NCBI GenBank assembly: GCA_965213675.1
Contig: OZ243916.1
Location: 3,104,001-3,168,000 of the forward strand
DNA from: an uncultured Candidatus Binatia bacterium
Lineage (GTDB): Bacteria > Desulfobacterota > Binatia > UBA9968 > JAJDTQ01
DNA: 64,000 nucleotides
Reading direction: 5' to 3'
Every line of letters starts with the position of its first letter. Positions within the stretch are counted from its first letter, which is position 1. Below, in pieces: positions 38,343 through 47,987 of this stretch. Below the pieces are notes generated by a model. It saw only the letters and a program-made list of their open reading frames with translations, made no database searches and was not told the origin of the DNA. Both the position numbers and the translations under genes were made by a program.

Positions 38343-40043
38343 TCACCCGAACTCCCGTGCGAATGCCTGCCGCTGCTGTGTGTTGCCGAGCATGATCAAC
38401 TCGCTGCCCTTGTGGAGCGGAGTGGAGGGTGGCGGATTGGTGACGACGTCGCCGTCCTGCTGGATGCCGACCACGGTGAGGCCGGTGCGCTCCAGGACCG
38501 AGCAATCGCCGAGATCCCGGCCCGCCAGGGAGGCCGGCGCGGGCACGACGAACAGCTCGACGCCTTCCCCGATGACCAGCAGTTCGCGCCCGTGAAGCTG
38601 GGCGAAGATGTCCTCCACGCCTTGGGATGTGTAGCTCAGGGCGAAGTCGGCGCCGGCCCGGTAGATGGCCTCGAGGTTGCGTGGGTGCGTGAGGCGGCTG
38701 AGGATGAGGACCTCGGGATTGAGGCGCCGGCAGTAGACCGTCAGGTAGATGTTCGTGGCGTCGTCGTTGGTGGAAAGCACCACCGCCGGCGCGTCGCTCA
38801 GGCCCGCCTCCATGAGCAGGTCCCGGTCGGCCGCGTCGCCGATGAAGAGCCGGCTGGGAATCTCGCCGATGCGCGCGCGCATCGACTCGTTGCGCTCGAT
38901 GACATGGACGGGCACGTCCTTGCGCCGGATGGCCCGGGCGGTGGCGCGGCCGACCTTGCCGCCGCCGATGACCAGCACCGGGTTGTAGTTGATGTCGTAG
39001 ATCACCAGCAACAGGTTCAGTTCCAGGATCTGCTGCTCGGTGCCCGCCACGACCAGCAGGCTGGAATGGGACAGGAACGTGTCGGGCCGCGCCGGCAGGA
39101 GCTTGCCGCGCTCCCAGACGTTGACGATCTCCACCCCGGTGGCCTCGCGGATCTGCGTTTCGCGGATGGTGCGGCCGGCGAACGGGGTGTTGTGCACGGC
39201 GAACTCGGCGATGCGCAGGTTGCGGATGCCGCCGATGACGTGCACCTCGGCATGGCCGGCGTTGACGCGGTTGGCGAGCCTTTCCCCCAGTTGCTGATGC
39301 AGCGGCAGCACGTGGCTGCAGCCACTCAGCTCCAGGATGTCGATGGAGTCCTCCGCCTCGGCAGTGGCGACGATGGGAACGCTGGGAGCCACGTCGCGGG
39401 CGGTGATGGTGACGTTGGTGTTCGCCGCGTCGCCCTGGTTTGCGAGGATAAGGCGGGCGTGTGCCGCGCGCAGGTTGACGTAGGTCTCCCGGCTGTCCAC
39501 ATCGCCGGTGATGACCGACAGGCCCTGCCGATGCTTGCGCGCGGCCTCGGCGGCATCCGGCTCGATGAGCTGGTAGGCGATATCGTACAATTCCAGCCGC
39601 TCGATGAGACCGATGGCGAGTGCGTCGTAGCCGCAGATGATGACGTGCCCGGCCAGGTCGTCCGGCGTTCGGCGGGGCGCGCGGCCGCGTATCTGTGCTT
39701 CCAGCCAGGGGCCGTAAAACGAGCGGATCAGGGTGAAGGGCAGCAGGATCAGCAGCAGGATGATGCCCGACACGAGCACCAGGATGCTGAAGACCTTTCC
39801 GATGTCGCTGTGGAAGACGATGTCACCGAACCCCAGAGTGCTCATGACCGTCAGGGTCCAGTAGAAGCCCGTGATCCAGGAGTGGTCCCGGCCTTCCACG
39901 CTGACCATGATGACGTGGAAGACGACGGAGTAGAGGACGATGGCGCCGACGAGTATTCCCAGAAACTTGAGCAGCACGCCCAGGTTGCGCCGGGTTTCCG
40001 GGGTCTCCAGGAAGGAGTAAAGCAGGCTGACCAGGACCTTCAC
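38343..40043 (-). CDS. Potassium channel protein with tandem RCK (TrkA-N/TrkA-C) domains
   Basis: Two TMs with pore TMSTLGFGDI-type filter (VMSTLGFGDI), HVIICGY and VLVIGGGKVG RCK_N domains, and two RCK_C domains. Confidence 0.9.
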   Translation of the reverse strand: MKVLVSLLYSFLETPETRRNLGVLLKFLGILVGAIVLYSVVFHVIMVSVEGRDHSWITGFYWTLTVMSTLGFGDIVFHSDIGKVFSILVLVSGIILLLILLPFTLIRSFYGPWLEAQIRGRAPRRTPDDLAGHVIICGYDALAIGLIERLELYDIAYQLIEPDAAEAARKHRQGLSVITGDVDSRETYVNLRAAHARLILANQGDAANTNVTITARDVAPSVPIVATAEAEDSIDILELSGCSHVLPLHQQLGERLANRVNAGHAEVHVIGGIRNLRIAEFAVHNTPFAGRTIRETQIREATGVEIVNVWERGKLLPARPDTFLSHSSLLVVAGTEQQILELNLLLVIYDINYNPVLVIGGGKVGRATARAIRRKDVPVHVIERNESMRARIGEIPSRLFIGDAADRDLLMEAGLSDAPAVVLSTNDDATNIYLTVYCRRLNPEVLILSRLTHPRNLEAIYRAGADFALSYTSQGVEDIFAQLHGRELLVIGEGVELFVVPAPASLAGRDLGDCSVLERTGLTVVGIQQDGDVVTNPPPSTPLHKGSELIMLGNTQQRQAFAREFG

Positions 40044-40105
40044 GACATGTCCTCGTGACCGCGCGGCGCTTCCGGACTTTCCGACCGGACGGCAGTGGAA
40101 GGGGT

Positions 40106-41464
40106 TCAGCCCTCCGCCAGCCAGCGTCCGATACCGATGAGTTCCCAGTCCTTGCGGTAGTAGCCGAGCAACTGTATTCCCAGCGGCATTTCGTCGAGGG
40201 CCAGCAGCGGCAGGTTCAGGGTGGGAACCCCCACCACCGACGAGAGTTCACCGTAGATGGCGTTGCCCACCGGCATGCCCACCGGCGCGGCGTCCACCGA
40301 ATTGAGGGTGACGAAGGCGTCGGCGCGGCCCGCCATGCCCTCCCATTGCCGCCGGAAGTCACCACACCAGTCCAGCGCCCGTGCGTAATCCGCGGGGGTC
40401 AATCTCCGGCCTGCCTCCACCCGCTCCAGAACCCGCTCGCTCAACAACTCCGGGCAGCGGTCGGCATACAGCGCCAGCGGGTAGCGGCCCTCGTAGGTGA
40501 GCATCAGCAGGATGACCTCCGGCAGTTCGCGGAGCTTGCGCTCCAGGGCTTCCACCTCCGGGTCGTTGGTGCGCCCCGCCACCGCGACGCCCCTGGCGCG
40601 CAGTTCCTCGATGAACCCGTCGAAGACCGTCTTGGCGTCATCCTGGGTGACTTCCCACCCGGCGGTTTCCAGACGGACGACGCGCCGGGGCCTGCTCGCC
40701 GGCGGCAGAGAGGGCTCGCCGTTGAGGCTCGGATGGCCCGGGTCTCCGCCCGCGGTGTGGGAGATGTACCAAGCCGTGCGCCACATGTCTTCCAGGGTGC
40801 CCGCGAGGATCCCCAGGTGGGCCAGGCTCGGCGCGGAGGGAAATCCCCCCAGCGTGTGGATGGCGCCGTAGGACGCCTTGATGGCGTAGGCGCCGCAGTA
40901 GGCCGCCGGGCGCAGCACCGAACCGCGCACCTGCGTGCCCGTGGCCGCCGGCACCATGCGCGCTCCCACCGCGGCGGCGCTGCCGCTGGAGGAGCCTCCG
41001 GGGGTGCGCGACACGTCCCAGGGGTTGCGCGTGGGACCGGGCGCGGCGAAGGCGAACTCCGTGGTCACGGTTTTGCCCAGGATGAGCGCGCCGCCTTTGC
41101 GCAAGGCGTGGACCGCGGCCCCGTCCCACCCGGACCTCCAGCCCTTGAGAACCGGGCTGCCCACCTCCATGGGCATGTCCTCGGTTTCGTGCACGTCCTT
41201 GATGGCCATGGGCATGCCGTCCACCACCGACAGGGGTTGTCCGGACTGGTAGCGCGCCGTGGCCGCGTCCGCGGCTTCCCGGGCGCCGTCCACGTTCATC
41301 CGCACGAAGGCTTTGACTTCCGGTTCCAGCGCGTCGATGGTTTTCAGGCAGCGCTCGAGATACGCCCGGGGCGTGTCGCTGCCGTCGCGAAACGCGGGGA
41401 TCGCGGCGGCGTAGCACAAGAGGTCGGCGGTCTTGGGATCGTAGGGAACCTTGCGTCCGGTCAT
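40106..41464 (-). CDS. Amidase signature family protein
   Basis: MPMAIKD, GKTVTTEFA, TPGGSSSGSAAAVG, TGTQVRGSVLRPAAYCG. Confidence 0.92.
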   Translation of the reverse strand: MTGRKVPYDPKTADLLCYAAAIPAFRDGSDTPRAYLERCLKTIDALEPEVKAFVRMNVDGAREAADAATARYQSGQPLSVVDGMPMAIKDVHETEDMPMEVGSPVLKGWRSGWDGAAVHALRKGGALILGKTVTTEFAFAAPGPTRNPWDVSRTPGGSSSGSAAAVGARMVPAATGTQVRGSVLRPAAYCGAYAIKASYGAIHTLGGFPSAPSLAHLGILAGTLEDMWRTAWYISHTAGGDPGHPSLNGEPSLPPASRPRRVVRLETAGWEVTQDDAKTVFDGFIEELRARGVAVAGRTNDPEVEALERKLRELPEVILLMLTYEGRYPLALYADRCPELLSERVLERVEAGRRLTPADYARALDWCGDFRRQWEGMAGRADAFVTLNSVDAAPVGMPVGNAIYGELSSVVGVPTLNLPLLALDEMPLGIQLLGYYRKDWELIGIGRWLAEG

Positions 41465-41617
41465 GGGGTCCTTTCAGGGTTGCGGGACCGCGGGCGCGCG
41501 ATGGCCCGCAATCGACCTGGAGCGGCGCGTTGTCCATGAAAGCACGGATGCGTGGCATTATAGACGACAAAATGCCAAGACAAAACGATGAGCAGGGAAG
41601 ACGCCAATTCCACGGAA

Positions 41618-41663
41618 CGTCATTCCCGCGATCAGGGTCGAGGGCATGCTTTCGCGGGTATGA
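41618..41663. repeat. REP-like palindrome copy
   Basis: cgtcattcccgcg...tttcgcgggtatga immediately upstream of modA. Confidence 0.6.
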
Positions 41664-41665
41664 TA

Positions 41666-42436
41666 ATGCGTCCGGTGGGGGTGCTGGTGGGAGTCTTCCT
41701 CCTGGCGGTGTCCTGTGCCGGCGCGGCCGCGGCGGCGGAGCGTCTGCTCGTGTTTGCCGCGGGCAGCCTCCAGGGTTCGGTGGATGAAGTGGCGCGGGCG
41801 TACGAGCGCGCCGGCGGGGCGCGGGTGGCGGTGTCCTATGCCGCGAGTTCGGTGCTGGCGCGGCAGATCGAGCAAGGCGCGGCCGCGGACATCTACATCA
41901 CAGCCAGTCCCAAGTGGATGGACCGCCTGGAGCGCAGGCGCTGGCTGCGGCCAGGGACCCGTGGCAACCTCCTGGGAAACCGTGTGGTGCTGGTGGCGCC
42001 GGCGGACCGCGCCGCCCCGGTGACGATCCATTCCGGCTTCCCCCTGGCGCGCCTGCTTGGCAGCGGGCGGCTGGCCATGGGTGATCCGGACTACGTCCCC
42101 GCGGGCGTGTACGCCAAGGCGGCGCTGGAGACTTTCGGCGTTTGGCAGGCGGTGGCGGGCCGGCTCGCGGGCACCCCGGATGTGCGCCGGGCACTGGCGC
42201 TGGTGGCCCGCGGCGAGGCGCCCTACGGCATCGTCTACGCCACCGACGCCAAGGCGGAGCCGCGAGTGGCCGTGGTAGGGGTCTTCCCCGCGCACTCCCA
42301 TCCGTCCATCGACTATTCGGCGGCCATTCCCGCCGCCAGCGTTCACCCCGAGGCGGAACGGTTCCTGGGTTACCTGTGGTCGCCCAAGGCCCGGGCGGTG
42401 TTCCGCGCGCACGGCTTCGCGGTGCGGGAGCCCTGA
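41666..42436 (+). CDS. modA: Molybdate ABC transporter substrate-binding protein
   Basis: VFAAGSL, SYAASSVLARQIEQGAAAD, VPAGVYA, GIVYATDA. Confidence 0.95.
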   Translation: MRPVGVLVGVFLLAVSCAGAAAAAERLLVFAAGSLQGSVDEVARAYERAGGARVAVSYAASSVLARQIEQGAAADIYITASPKWMDRLERRRWLRPGTRGNLLGNRVVLVAPADRAAPVTIHSGFPLARLLGSGRLAMGDPDYVPAGVYAKAALETFGVWQAVAGRLAGTPDVRRALALVARGEAPYGIVYATDAKAEPRVAVVGVFPAHSHPSIDYSAAIPAASVHPEAERFLGYLWSPKARAVFRAHGFAVREP

Positions 42437-42465
42437 GAGTCTGCGCCGTAGAAAGTTGCAACGTT

Positions 42466-43170
42466 ATGTGGTCCCTGAGTCCGGCCGAGATGGAGGCTCT
42501 TCGCTTGAGCGTCCGCGTCGCGGCCTGGAGCACGGCCGTCGGCCTTCCCCTGGCGGTGGCGGCGGCGCATCTGCTGGCGCGCCGCCGCTTCTGGGGCAAG
42601 GAGATACTGAACGCCCTGCTGCACATGCCGCTGGTGCTGCCGCCCGTGGTGACCGGATACCTGCTGCTCCTGCTGCTGGGGCGCCGCGGCGTGGTGGGCG
42701 CGTGGCTGGAGCAGACCTTCGGCCTGGTGTTCGCGTTCCGTTGGACCGGCGCGGTGGTCGCCGCGGCGGTGGTGGCGTTCCCCTTGATGGTGCGGCCCAT
42801 CCGCCTCAGCCTCGAGGCCGTCGACCCGCGCCTGGAGTCCGCCGCCGCGACCCTCGGCGCCAACCGTTTCTGGACCTGGTTCACGGTGACGCTGCCCTTG
42901 AGCCTGCCGGGGGTGGTGGTGGGCGCCATCCTCGGCTTCACCCGGAGCCTGGGGGAGTTCGGCGCCACCGTGACATTCGTGTCGAACATCCCGGGTGAGA
43001 CCCGGACGCTGTCCCTGGCGGTCTATTCGGCGCTCCAGGCGCCCGGCGGGGAGCCGGGCGCCATGCGCCTCACCGTGATCATTGTCCTGATTACGGTCGT
43101 CGCGCTGGTGGCGTCGGAGATCCTGGGCCGCTACGTGGCGCGCAGGACGCGGGGGTACACGAGTGCTTGA
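42466..43170 (+). CDS. modB: Molybdate ABC transporter permease
   Basis: LPLVLPPVVTGY-type segment, FPLMVRPIRL, RSLGEFGAT, NIPGETRTL. Confidence 0.95.
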   Translation: MWSLSPAEMEALRLSVRVAAWSTAVGLPLAVAAAHLLARRRFWGKEILNALLHMPLVLPPVVTGYLLLLLLGRRGVVGAWLEQTFGLVFAFRWTGAVVAAAVVAFPLMVRPIRLSLEAVDPRLESAAATLGANRFWTWFTVTLPLSLPGVVVGAILGFTRSLGEFGATVTFVSNIPGETRTLSLAVYSALQAPGGEPGAMRLTVIIVLITVVALVASEILGRYVARRTRGYTSA

Positions 43171-44272
43171 AGTGGACGTCCAGCGCCGCCTCGGGGACTT
43201 TCGCATCGAGGCGCGGTTCCGCAGCGACCGCGGCATCACCGCCCTGTTCGGCCGTTCCGGCGCGGGCAAGACATCCATCGTGAACATGGTGAGCGGGCTG
43301 CTGAAGCCCGAGCGCGGGCGCATCGCCGTGGACGGGTCCGTGCTGTTCGACAGCGCCGCGGGCGTCGACTTGCCGCCGTGGAAGCGGCGCCTCGGCTACG
43401 TGTTTCAGGAAGGGCGCCTGTTCCCCCACCTGACGGTGCGCAGGAACCTGCTTTACGGCCTGCGTTTCACGCCTGTGGCCGAGCGTTGGCTGACCCTGGA
43501 ACAGGCGGTCAAGGTGCTGGACCTGGGCGCCCTGCTGCGGCGCCGCCCGCCGTCGCTTTCGGGCGGCGAGAAGCAACGCGTGGCCATGGGGCGGGCGCTG
43601 CTGAGCAGCCCGCGGGCGCTCCTGATGGACGAACCCCTGGCGTCTCTGGACGTGCTCCTGAAGCGGGAGATCCTGCCGTACATCGAACGCCTCGACGAGA
43701 TGGGCATCCCCATCCTCTACGTGAGCCACTCCCTCGAAGAGGTGTCGCGGCTGGCGCGCCACCTCGTGCTGGTGTCCGAGGGCCGGGTGTCCGCCGCGGG
43801 CGAGGTGGACGAGGTCCTGAACCGGTTGAAGTTGTGGTCGCCGGAGGACGAGGGCGAAGCCGGCACCATGCTGAACACGCGGGTGACGGGCCACGACGCC
43901 GAGGGAGGGATCACGCACCTTCAATTCCGTGGCGGCGAGCTGCGGGTGCCGCTGGTGGATATCCCCGAAGGGTTGGCCGTGCGCGTGTGGATCCGCGCGC
44001 GGGACGTAGGCGTGGCCACGGAGCGTCCACGCGGACTGAGTCTGCGCAACGTGCTCAAGGGGACCCTGGTGGAGATGGGCGCGGACGCGGGTCCCGTGAA
44101 TGAGCTCCGGCTGCGCATCGGCGACACGACCCTCACCGCGCTGGTGACACGGGGAGCGGCGCGCGACCTCGCGCTGGCGCCGGGCCAGGAGATCTATGCC
44201 CTCATCAAGAGCGCCAACCTCGACCGCCGGCAACTCAGCCTGGTGGCCGCGATGGCCAGACCGGGTTGTTAG
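43163..44272 (+). CDS. modC: Molybdate ABC transporter ATP-binding protein
   Basis: GRSGAGKT, LSGGEKQRVA, LLMDEPLASLD and a C-terminal TOBE/Mop domain. Confidence 0.95.
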   Translation: MLEVDVQRRLGDFRIEARFRSDRGITALFGRSGAGKTSIVNMVSGLLKPERGRIAVDGSVLFDSAAGVDLPPWKRRLGYVFQEGRLFPHLTVRRNLLYGLRFTPVAERWLTLEQAVKVLDLGALLRRRPPSLSGGEKQRVAMGRALLSSPRALLMDEPLASLDVLLKREILPYIERLDEMGIPILYVSHSLEEVSRLARHLVLVSEGRVSAAGEVDEVLNRLKLWSPEDEGEAGTMLNTRVTGHDAEGGITHLQFRGGELRVPLVDIPEGLAVRVWIRARDVGVATERPRGLSLRNVLKGTLVEMGADAGPVNELRLRIGDTTLTALVTRGAARDLALAPGQEIYALIKSANLDRRQLSLVAAMARPGC

Positions 44273-44384
44273 GTCCGCAGCCGTGTATCCCTTCGGGCAA
44301 TCACTGGTTGCCATGTCCGCAAATGGTCTATGAGTGTGTGCACGAGTCAATGAGGAGCCTGTGAGGACGGACCACTGACGGCTG

Positions 44385-45608
44385 ATGCCTGCCGAATCTC
44401 GAAGCACCTTCTCGTCGCTGCGCCACCGCGACTTCCGGTATCTGTGGGCCGGCACCTGTTTCCTCAGCGGCGGGCTGTGGATCCAGCAGGTGACCCTGGG
44501 TTGGGCCACCTACGAGATGACCGGGTCGTCCATTCTGCTGGGCGCGATCAACGGCCTGCGCTTCGTCCCCTTCCTCATCTTCAGCCCGCTCGCCGGCGTG
44601 GCCGCGGACCGGACGGACCGGCGCCGGCTCATGATGACCACCCAGTGGTGCGTTCTGCTCACCGCCCTGGGCATGGGTCTGGTGGTCAGCCTGGAGCTGC
44701 TGAAGGTATGGCACCTGTTCGCCTTCACCCTGGTGACCGGCGTGGTGTGGTCCTTCAGCGAGCCGGTGCGGCAGGCGCTCATCCCCGACGTGGTGCCGCG
44801 CGCGGAGTTGATGAACGCGGTGGCTCTCAATTCCGCGGCCTTCAACTTTACCAAGATCATCGGTCCCAGCGTGGGCGGGGTGCTCATCGTGGCGTTCGGC
44901 CTGGCGGGCAACTTCTACATCCAGAGCGCCACCTATCTCTTCGTCCTGTGGATGATCTACCGGATGCAGGTGCCCGAGCGGATCAGCGAGGCGGCGGCCT
45001 CGTCGGTGTTGAGCAACCTGCGCGAAGGCATACGCTACGTGTGGAGGGATCCGGTGGTGTTCGCGGTCATGGCCACGGCGATGATCCCGCGCCTCTTCGC
45101 CATGCCCTACCAGGCGTTGATGCCGATCTTTCAGAAGGACGTGCTGCAGGTGGGGGCGGACGGCCTGGGTCTCATGATGGCGGCGCCGGGCCTGGGCGCC
45201 ATGCTGGCCATGCTGAGCGTCGCCCACTATGCCAGCCGGGTGAACCGGCCCGGGCTGCTGATGATTACGGCGCTGGCGCTGCAGGGGGTGTTCCTGGCTT
45301 TGTTCGCGCTGGTGCGCACCCTGCCGCTGGCGCTCGTGACCCTGGTGGTCGTGGGTGGATTCCAGGTGTTGTTCATGTCCGTCTCCAACATGGTGTTGCA
45401 CATGACCATTCCGGATCAACTGCGCGGTCGGGTCATGAGCATCTACATGCTTGACCGCGGCATCACCCCCGCCGGCGCGCTGCTCGCCGGCATCAGCGCC
45501 CACTTTGTCGGCGCCCCCACCACCGTGTTGGGCATGGGCGCCTTCGTGCTCGCGTTGTCCGCCGTGGTGATCGTTTTCCTGCCGGGCCTGCGCAAGGTGC
45601 GGGCCTGA
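44385..45608 (+). CDS. MFS transporter (H+ antiporter / DUF894-like)
   Basis: LRHRDFRYLW, motif A GVAADRTDRRRL, about 12 TMs, LRGRVMS. Confidence 0.9.
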   Translation: MPAESRSTFSSLRHRDFRYLWAGTCFLSGGLWIQQVTLGWATYEMTGSSILLGAINGLRFVPFLIFSPLAGVAADRTDRRRLMMTTQWCVLLTALGMGLVVSLELLKVWHLFAFTLVTGVVWSFSEPVRQALIPDVVPRAELMNAVALNSAAFNFTKIIGPSVGGVLIVAFGLAGNFYIQSATYLFVLWMIYRMQVPERISEAAASSVLSNLREGIRYVWRDPVVFAVMATAMIPRLFAMPYQALMPIFQKDVLQVGADGLGLMMAAPGLGAMLAMLSVAHYASRVNRPGLLMITALALQGVFLALFALVRTLPLALVTLVVVGGFQVLFMSVSNMVLHMTIPDQLRGRVMSIYMLDRGITPAGALLAGISAHFVGAPTTVLGMGAFVLALSAVVIVFLPGLRKVRA

Positions 45609-45912
45609 AATTCCCGGAGCGGACAGAACCGGCGCCAATGTCCCGAATTGTCCCCTGGGGAGCCGCTTTCGTGCCCTTGTGTGTCGATCATTCGCCGGCA
45701 TCGAAGATTCCCGCGCAAGGGGAACCGTTCTGTTCCGTCATTGCCGTGCGAGTTCCGCCACGACTCGTTCCGCGGGAGCGACGGAAACGGCCGTCCGGCA
45801 TCCTTGACAATGCGCGGTTTCCGCTGTTTCCATTGACGGTGATGGGTGAGATTTCGTTGTTTCGCTGGGTGAGGGACTCTTGGGGGTTCCCGGAACAGGC
45901 GCAGGAGGCGTG

Positions 45913-47262
45913 GTGGACAACGGCAGCCAATTGAATGGAACCTGGGTCGATCTCGACCGAGGCGTGGTCAGCCGGGAGATCTTCGTCGACGAAGACATCT
46001 ACCGCGCCGAGCTGGAGCGGATTTTCGCACGGGCGTGGCTCTTTGTGGGCCACGAGAGCCAGATTCCCGAGCCGGGGGATTTCTTTCTTTCGCGCATGGG
46101 GGACGAGTCGGTCATTGTCACCCGCGACCCGCAACGCGACATCCACGTGCTGCTCAACACCTGCCGGCACCGGGGTATGAAGGTGTGCCGCTACGACCAC
46201 GGCAACACCTCGGTGTTCACCTGCCCGTATCACGGCTGGAGCTACGCCACCGACGGCGGGCTGGTGAAGACGCCGGGCGACCTCTATGGCGTGCCCCAGT
46301 TCCGCGCGGGCTACGGCGAACAACTCGACAAGTCCGAGTGGGGGCTGATCCGCGCGGCGCGGATGGAAGTCTACAAAGGAACCGTCTGGGCCACTTGGGA
46401 TCCGTCGGCGCCGTCCTTCGAGGAGTACCTGGGGGGCATGCGCCTGTACCTGGACGCGCTTCTCGATGCGCGGGACGGCGGCGCGGGCGGCTCGGAGGTG
46501 CTGGGCGGGGTGGTCAAGTGGCGCATGCCGTGCAACTGGAAATTCGCCGCGGAAAACTTCGCCTGGGACACCTACCACAGCCCCACGACGCACAAATCGG
46601 CGGAGATCGCCGGGCTCGGACCGGGCGGCGAAGGGCAGGAGCGCCACGGCTCGGCGCACAAGAACCAGGCCAGGCGGTTCACCAGCGGGCTGATGGCGTT
46701 CCCCAGCCTCGGCCACGCCACCATCACCGGGCCACCGGAGGTGGGCGCCCAGGCGTGGTTTCCCGAATTTCCCAACGACCCGGTGGTGGCGGAGTACTTC
46801 AAGGCGGTGGAGGCCCGGCGGCGCGAGCGGCAGCAGGGCCAGGTCACCGTAACGCCCGGCAACGGCAGTATCTTCCCCAACACCTCGTTCCACCCCTGGT
46901 TCCCGCGGACGATGGTGGTGTGGCATCCGTTGGGGGCGGGCCAGACCGAGGCGTGGCGCTGGTACCTGGTGGACCAGGACGCGCCCTGGGAGGTCAAGGA
47001 CCTGCTGCGCCGCTACTACATGCGGTTTTCGGGTCCGGCGGGCATGGTGGAGTCCGACGACATGGACAATTGGGTCTACGCCACGGAAGCCAGCCGCGGC
47101 ACCATTGCGCGGCGCTACCCCTACCACTACGGCATGGGGCTCGGTTTCGCGCACCCCGTGGAGAACCTGCCGGACGCGGTGACGGTCAAGGCGTCGTTTT
47201 CCGAGGAAGGCGCCCGGGCGTTCTACCGGCGCTGGTCGGAGTTGATGCATGACCAGCCGTAG
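45913..47262 (+). CDS. Aromatic ring-hydroxylating Rieske dioxygenase alpha subunit (HcaE/BphA-like)
   Basis: Rieske CRHRG...CPYHGW. Mononuclear Fe site NWKFAAENF..DTYH...TH and ESDD. AGGAGG RBS. Confidence 0.92.
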   Translation: MDNGSQLNGTWVDLDRGVVSREIFVDEDIYRAELERIFARAWLFVGHESQIPEPGDFFLSRMGDESVIVTRDPQRDIHVLLNTCRHRGMKVCRYDHGNTSVFTCPYHGWSYATDGGLVKTPGDLYGVPQFRAGYGEQLDKSEWGLIRAARMEVYKGTVWATWDPSAPSFEEYLGGMRLYLDALLDARDGGAGGSEVLGGVVKWRMPCNWKFAAENFAWDTYHSPTTHKSAEIAGLGPGGEGQERHGSAHKNQARRFTSGLMAFPSLGHATITGPPEVGAQAWFPEFPNDPVVAEYFKAVEARRRERQQGQVTVTPGNGSIFPNTSFHPWFPRTMVVWHPLGAGQTEAWRWYLVDQDAPWEVKDLLRRYYMRFSGPAGMVESDDMDNWVYATEASRGTIARRYPYHYGMGLGFAHPVENLPDAVTVKASFSEEGARAFYRRWSELMHDQP

Positions 47263-47950
47263 CCACACACCGGCCGGAAAGGCCGCTGCGGGCGAGTTGG
47301 CGGAGGCGGCGACACCGGGAACGGCGATGCCGCCAACGGGCGCGCCGCGAAATACGCTGCCGGACGGAACGCGGGCGGCCGCGCCGGGCCGCGGCTTTTC
47401 GGCTGCGGACGGCGCCGGGAAAGGGCTCGCCTACCTGTTGCTGGCGCAGGAGGTGCACGAGTTCCTGTGCGCCGAGGCCGACCTGTTGGACGAGCGCCGC
47501 TACGAGGAGTGGCTGGAGCTTCTGACCGACGATATCTGCTACTGGGCGCCCATGCGCCGGAACGTTCAGTTCGGCCACTGGGACACGGAGAACACGCGCC
47601 AGGGCCGGGACATGAACTGGTTCGACGAAGGCAAGAGCACGCTCCGGCTGCGCATCAAGCAGATCACGTCCGGCGTCCACTGGGTGGAGGAGCCCGCGCC
47701 GCGGGTCTCCCGGCTGATCACCAACGTGCACGGCATCCAGGCCGCCCCGAGCCTGGAAGACCCCGAGGAAGTCCGCGTCAAGTACCGGATCCTGATCTAT
47801 CGCAACAAGCTGGAGGACAGCACCGACGTCTTCGCCGGCAAGCGCGACGATGTGCTGCGCAAGGTGAACGGCGCATGGAAGATTCGCAAGCGCACCATGC
47901 TGCTGGACCAGAGCGTGCTGCTGTCCGCCACCATGCCGTTCGTGCTGTAG
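47249..47950 (+). CDS. Ring-hydroxylating dioxygenase beta subunit
   Basis: EFLCAEADLLDERRYEEWL, WVEEPAPRVSRLITNV, GKRDDVLR, KIRKRTMLLDQ. About 55-aa low-complexity N-terminal extension. Confidence 0.9.
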   Translation: MTSRSHTPAGKAAAGELAEAATPGTAMPPTGAPRNTLPDGTRAAAPGRGFSAADGAGKGLAYLLLAQEVHEFLCAEADLLDERRYEEWLELLTDDICYWAPMRRNVQFGHWDTENTRQGRDMNWFDEGKSTLRLRIKQITSGVHWVEEPAPRVSRLITNVHGIQAAPSLEDPEEVRVKYRILIYRNKLEDSTDVFAGKRDDVLRKVNGAWKIRKRTMLLDQSVLLSATMPFVL

Positions 47951-47987
47951 GGCCCGGGTCGGGCATCGCAGGATACCCCGGGATTCG

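Noticed and set aside
41470-41665. ModE box or Moco riboswitch upstream of modABC
   Set aside because: No TATAT-N7-TAYAT-like site or recognisable riboswitch. The only structure is a REP-like palindrome.
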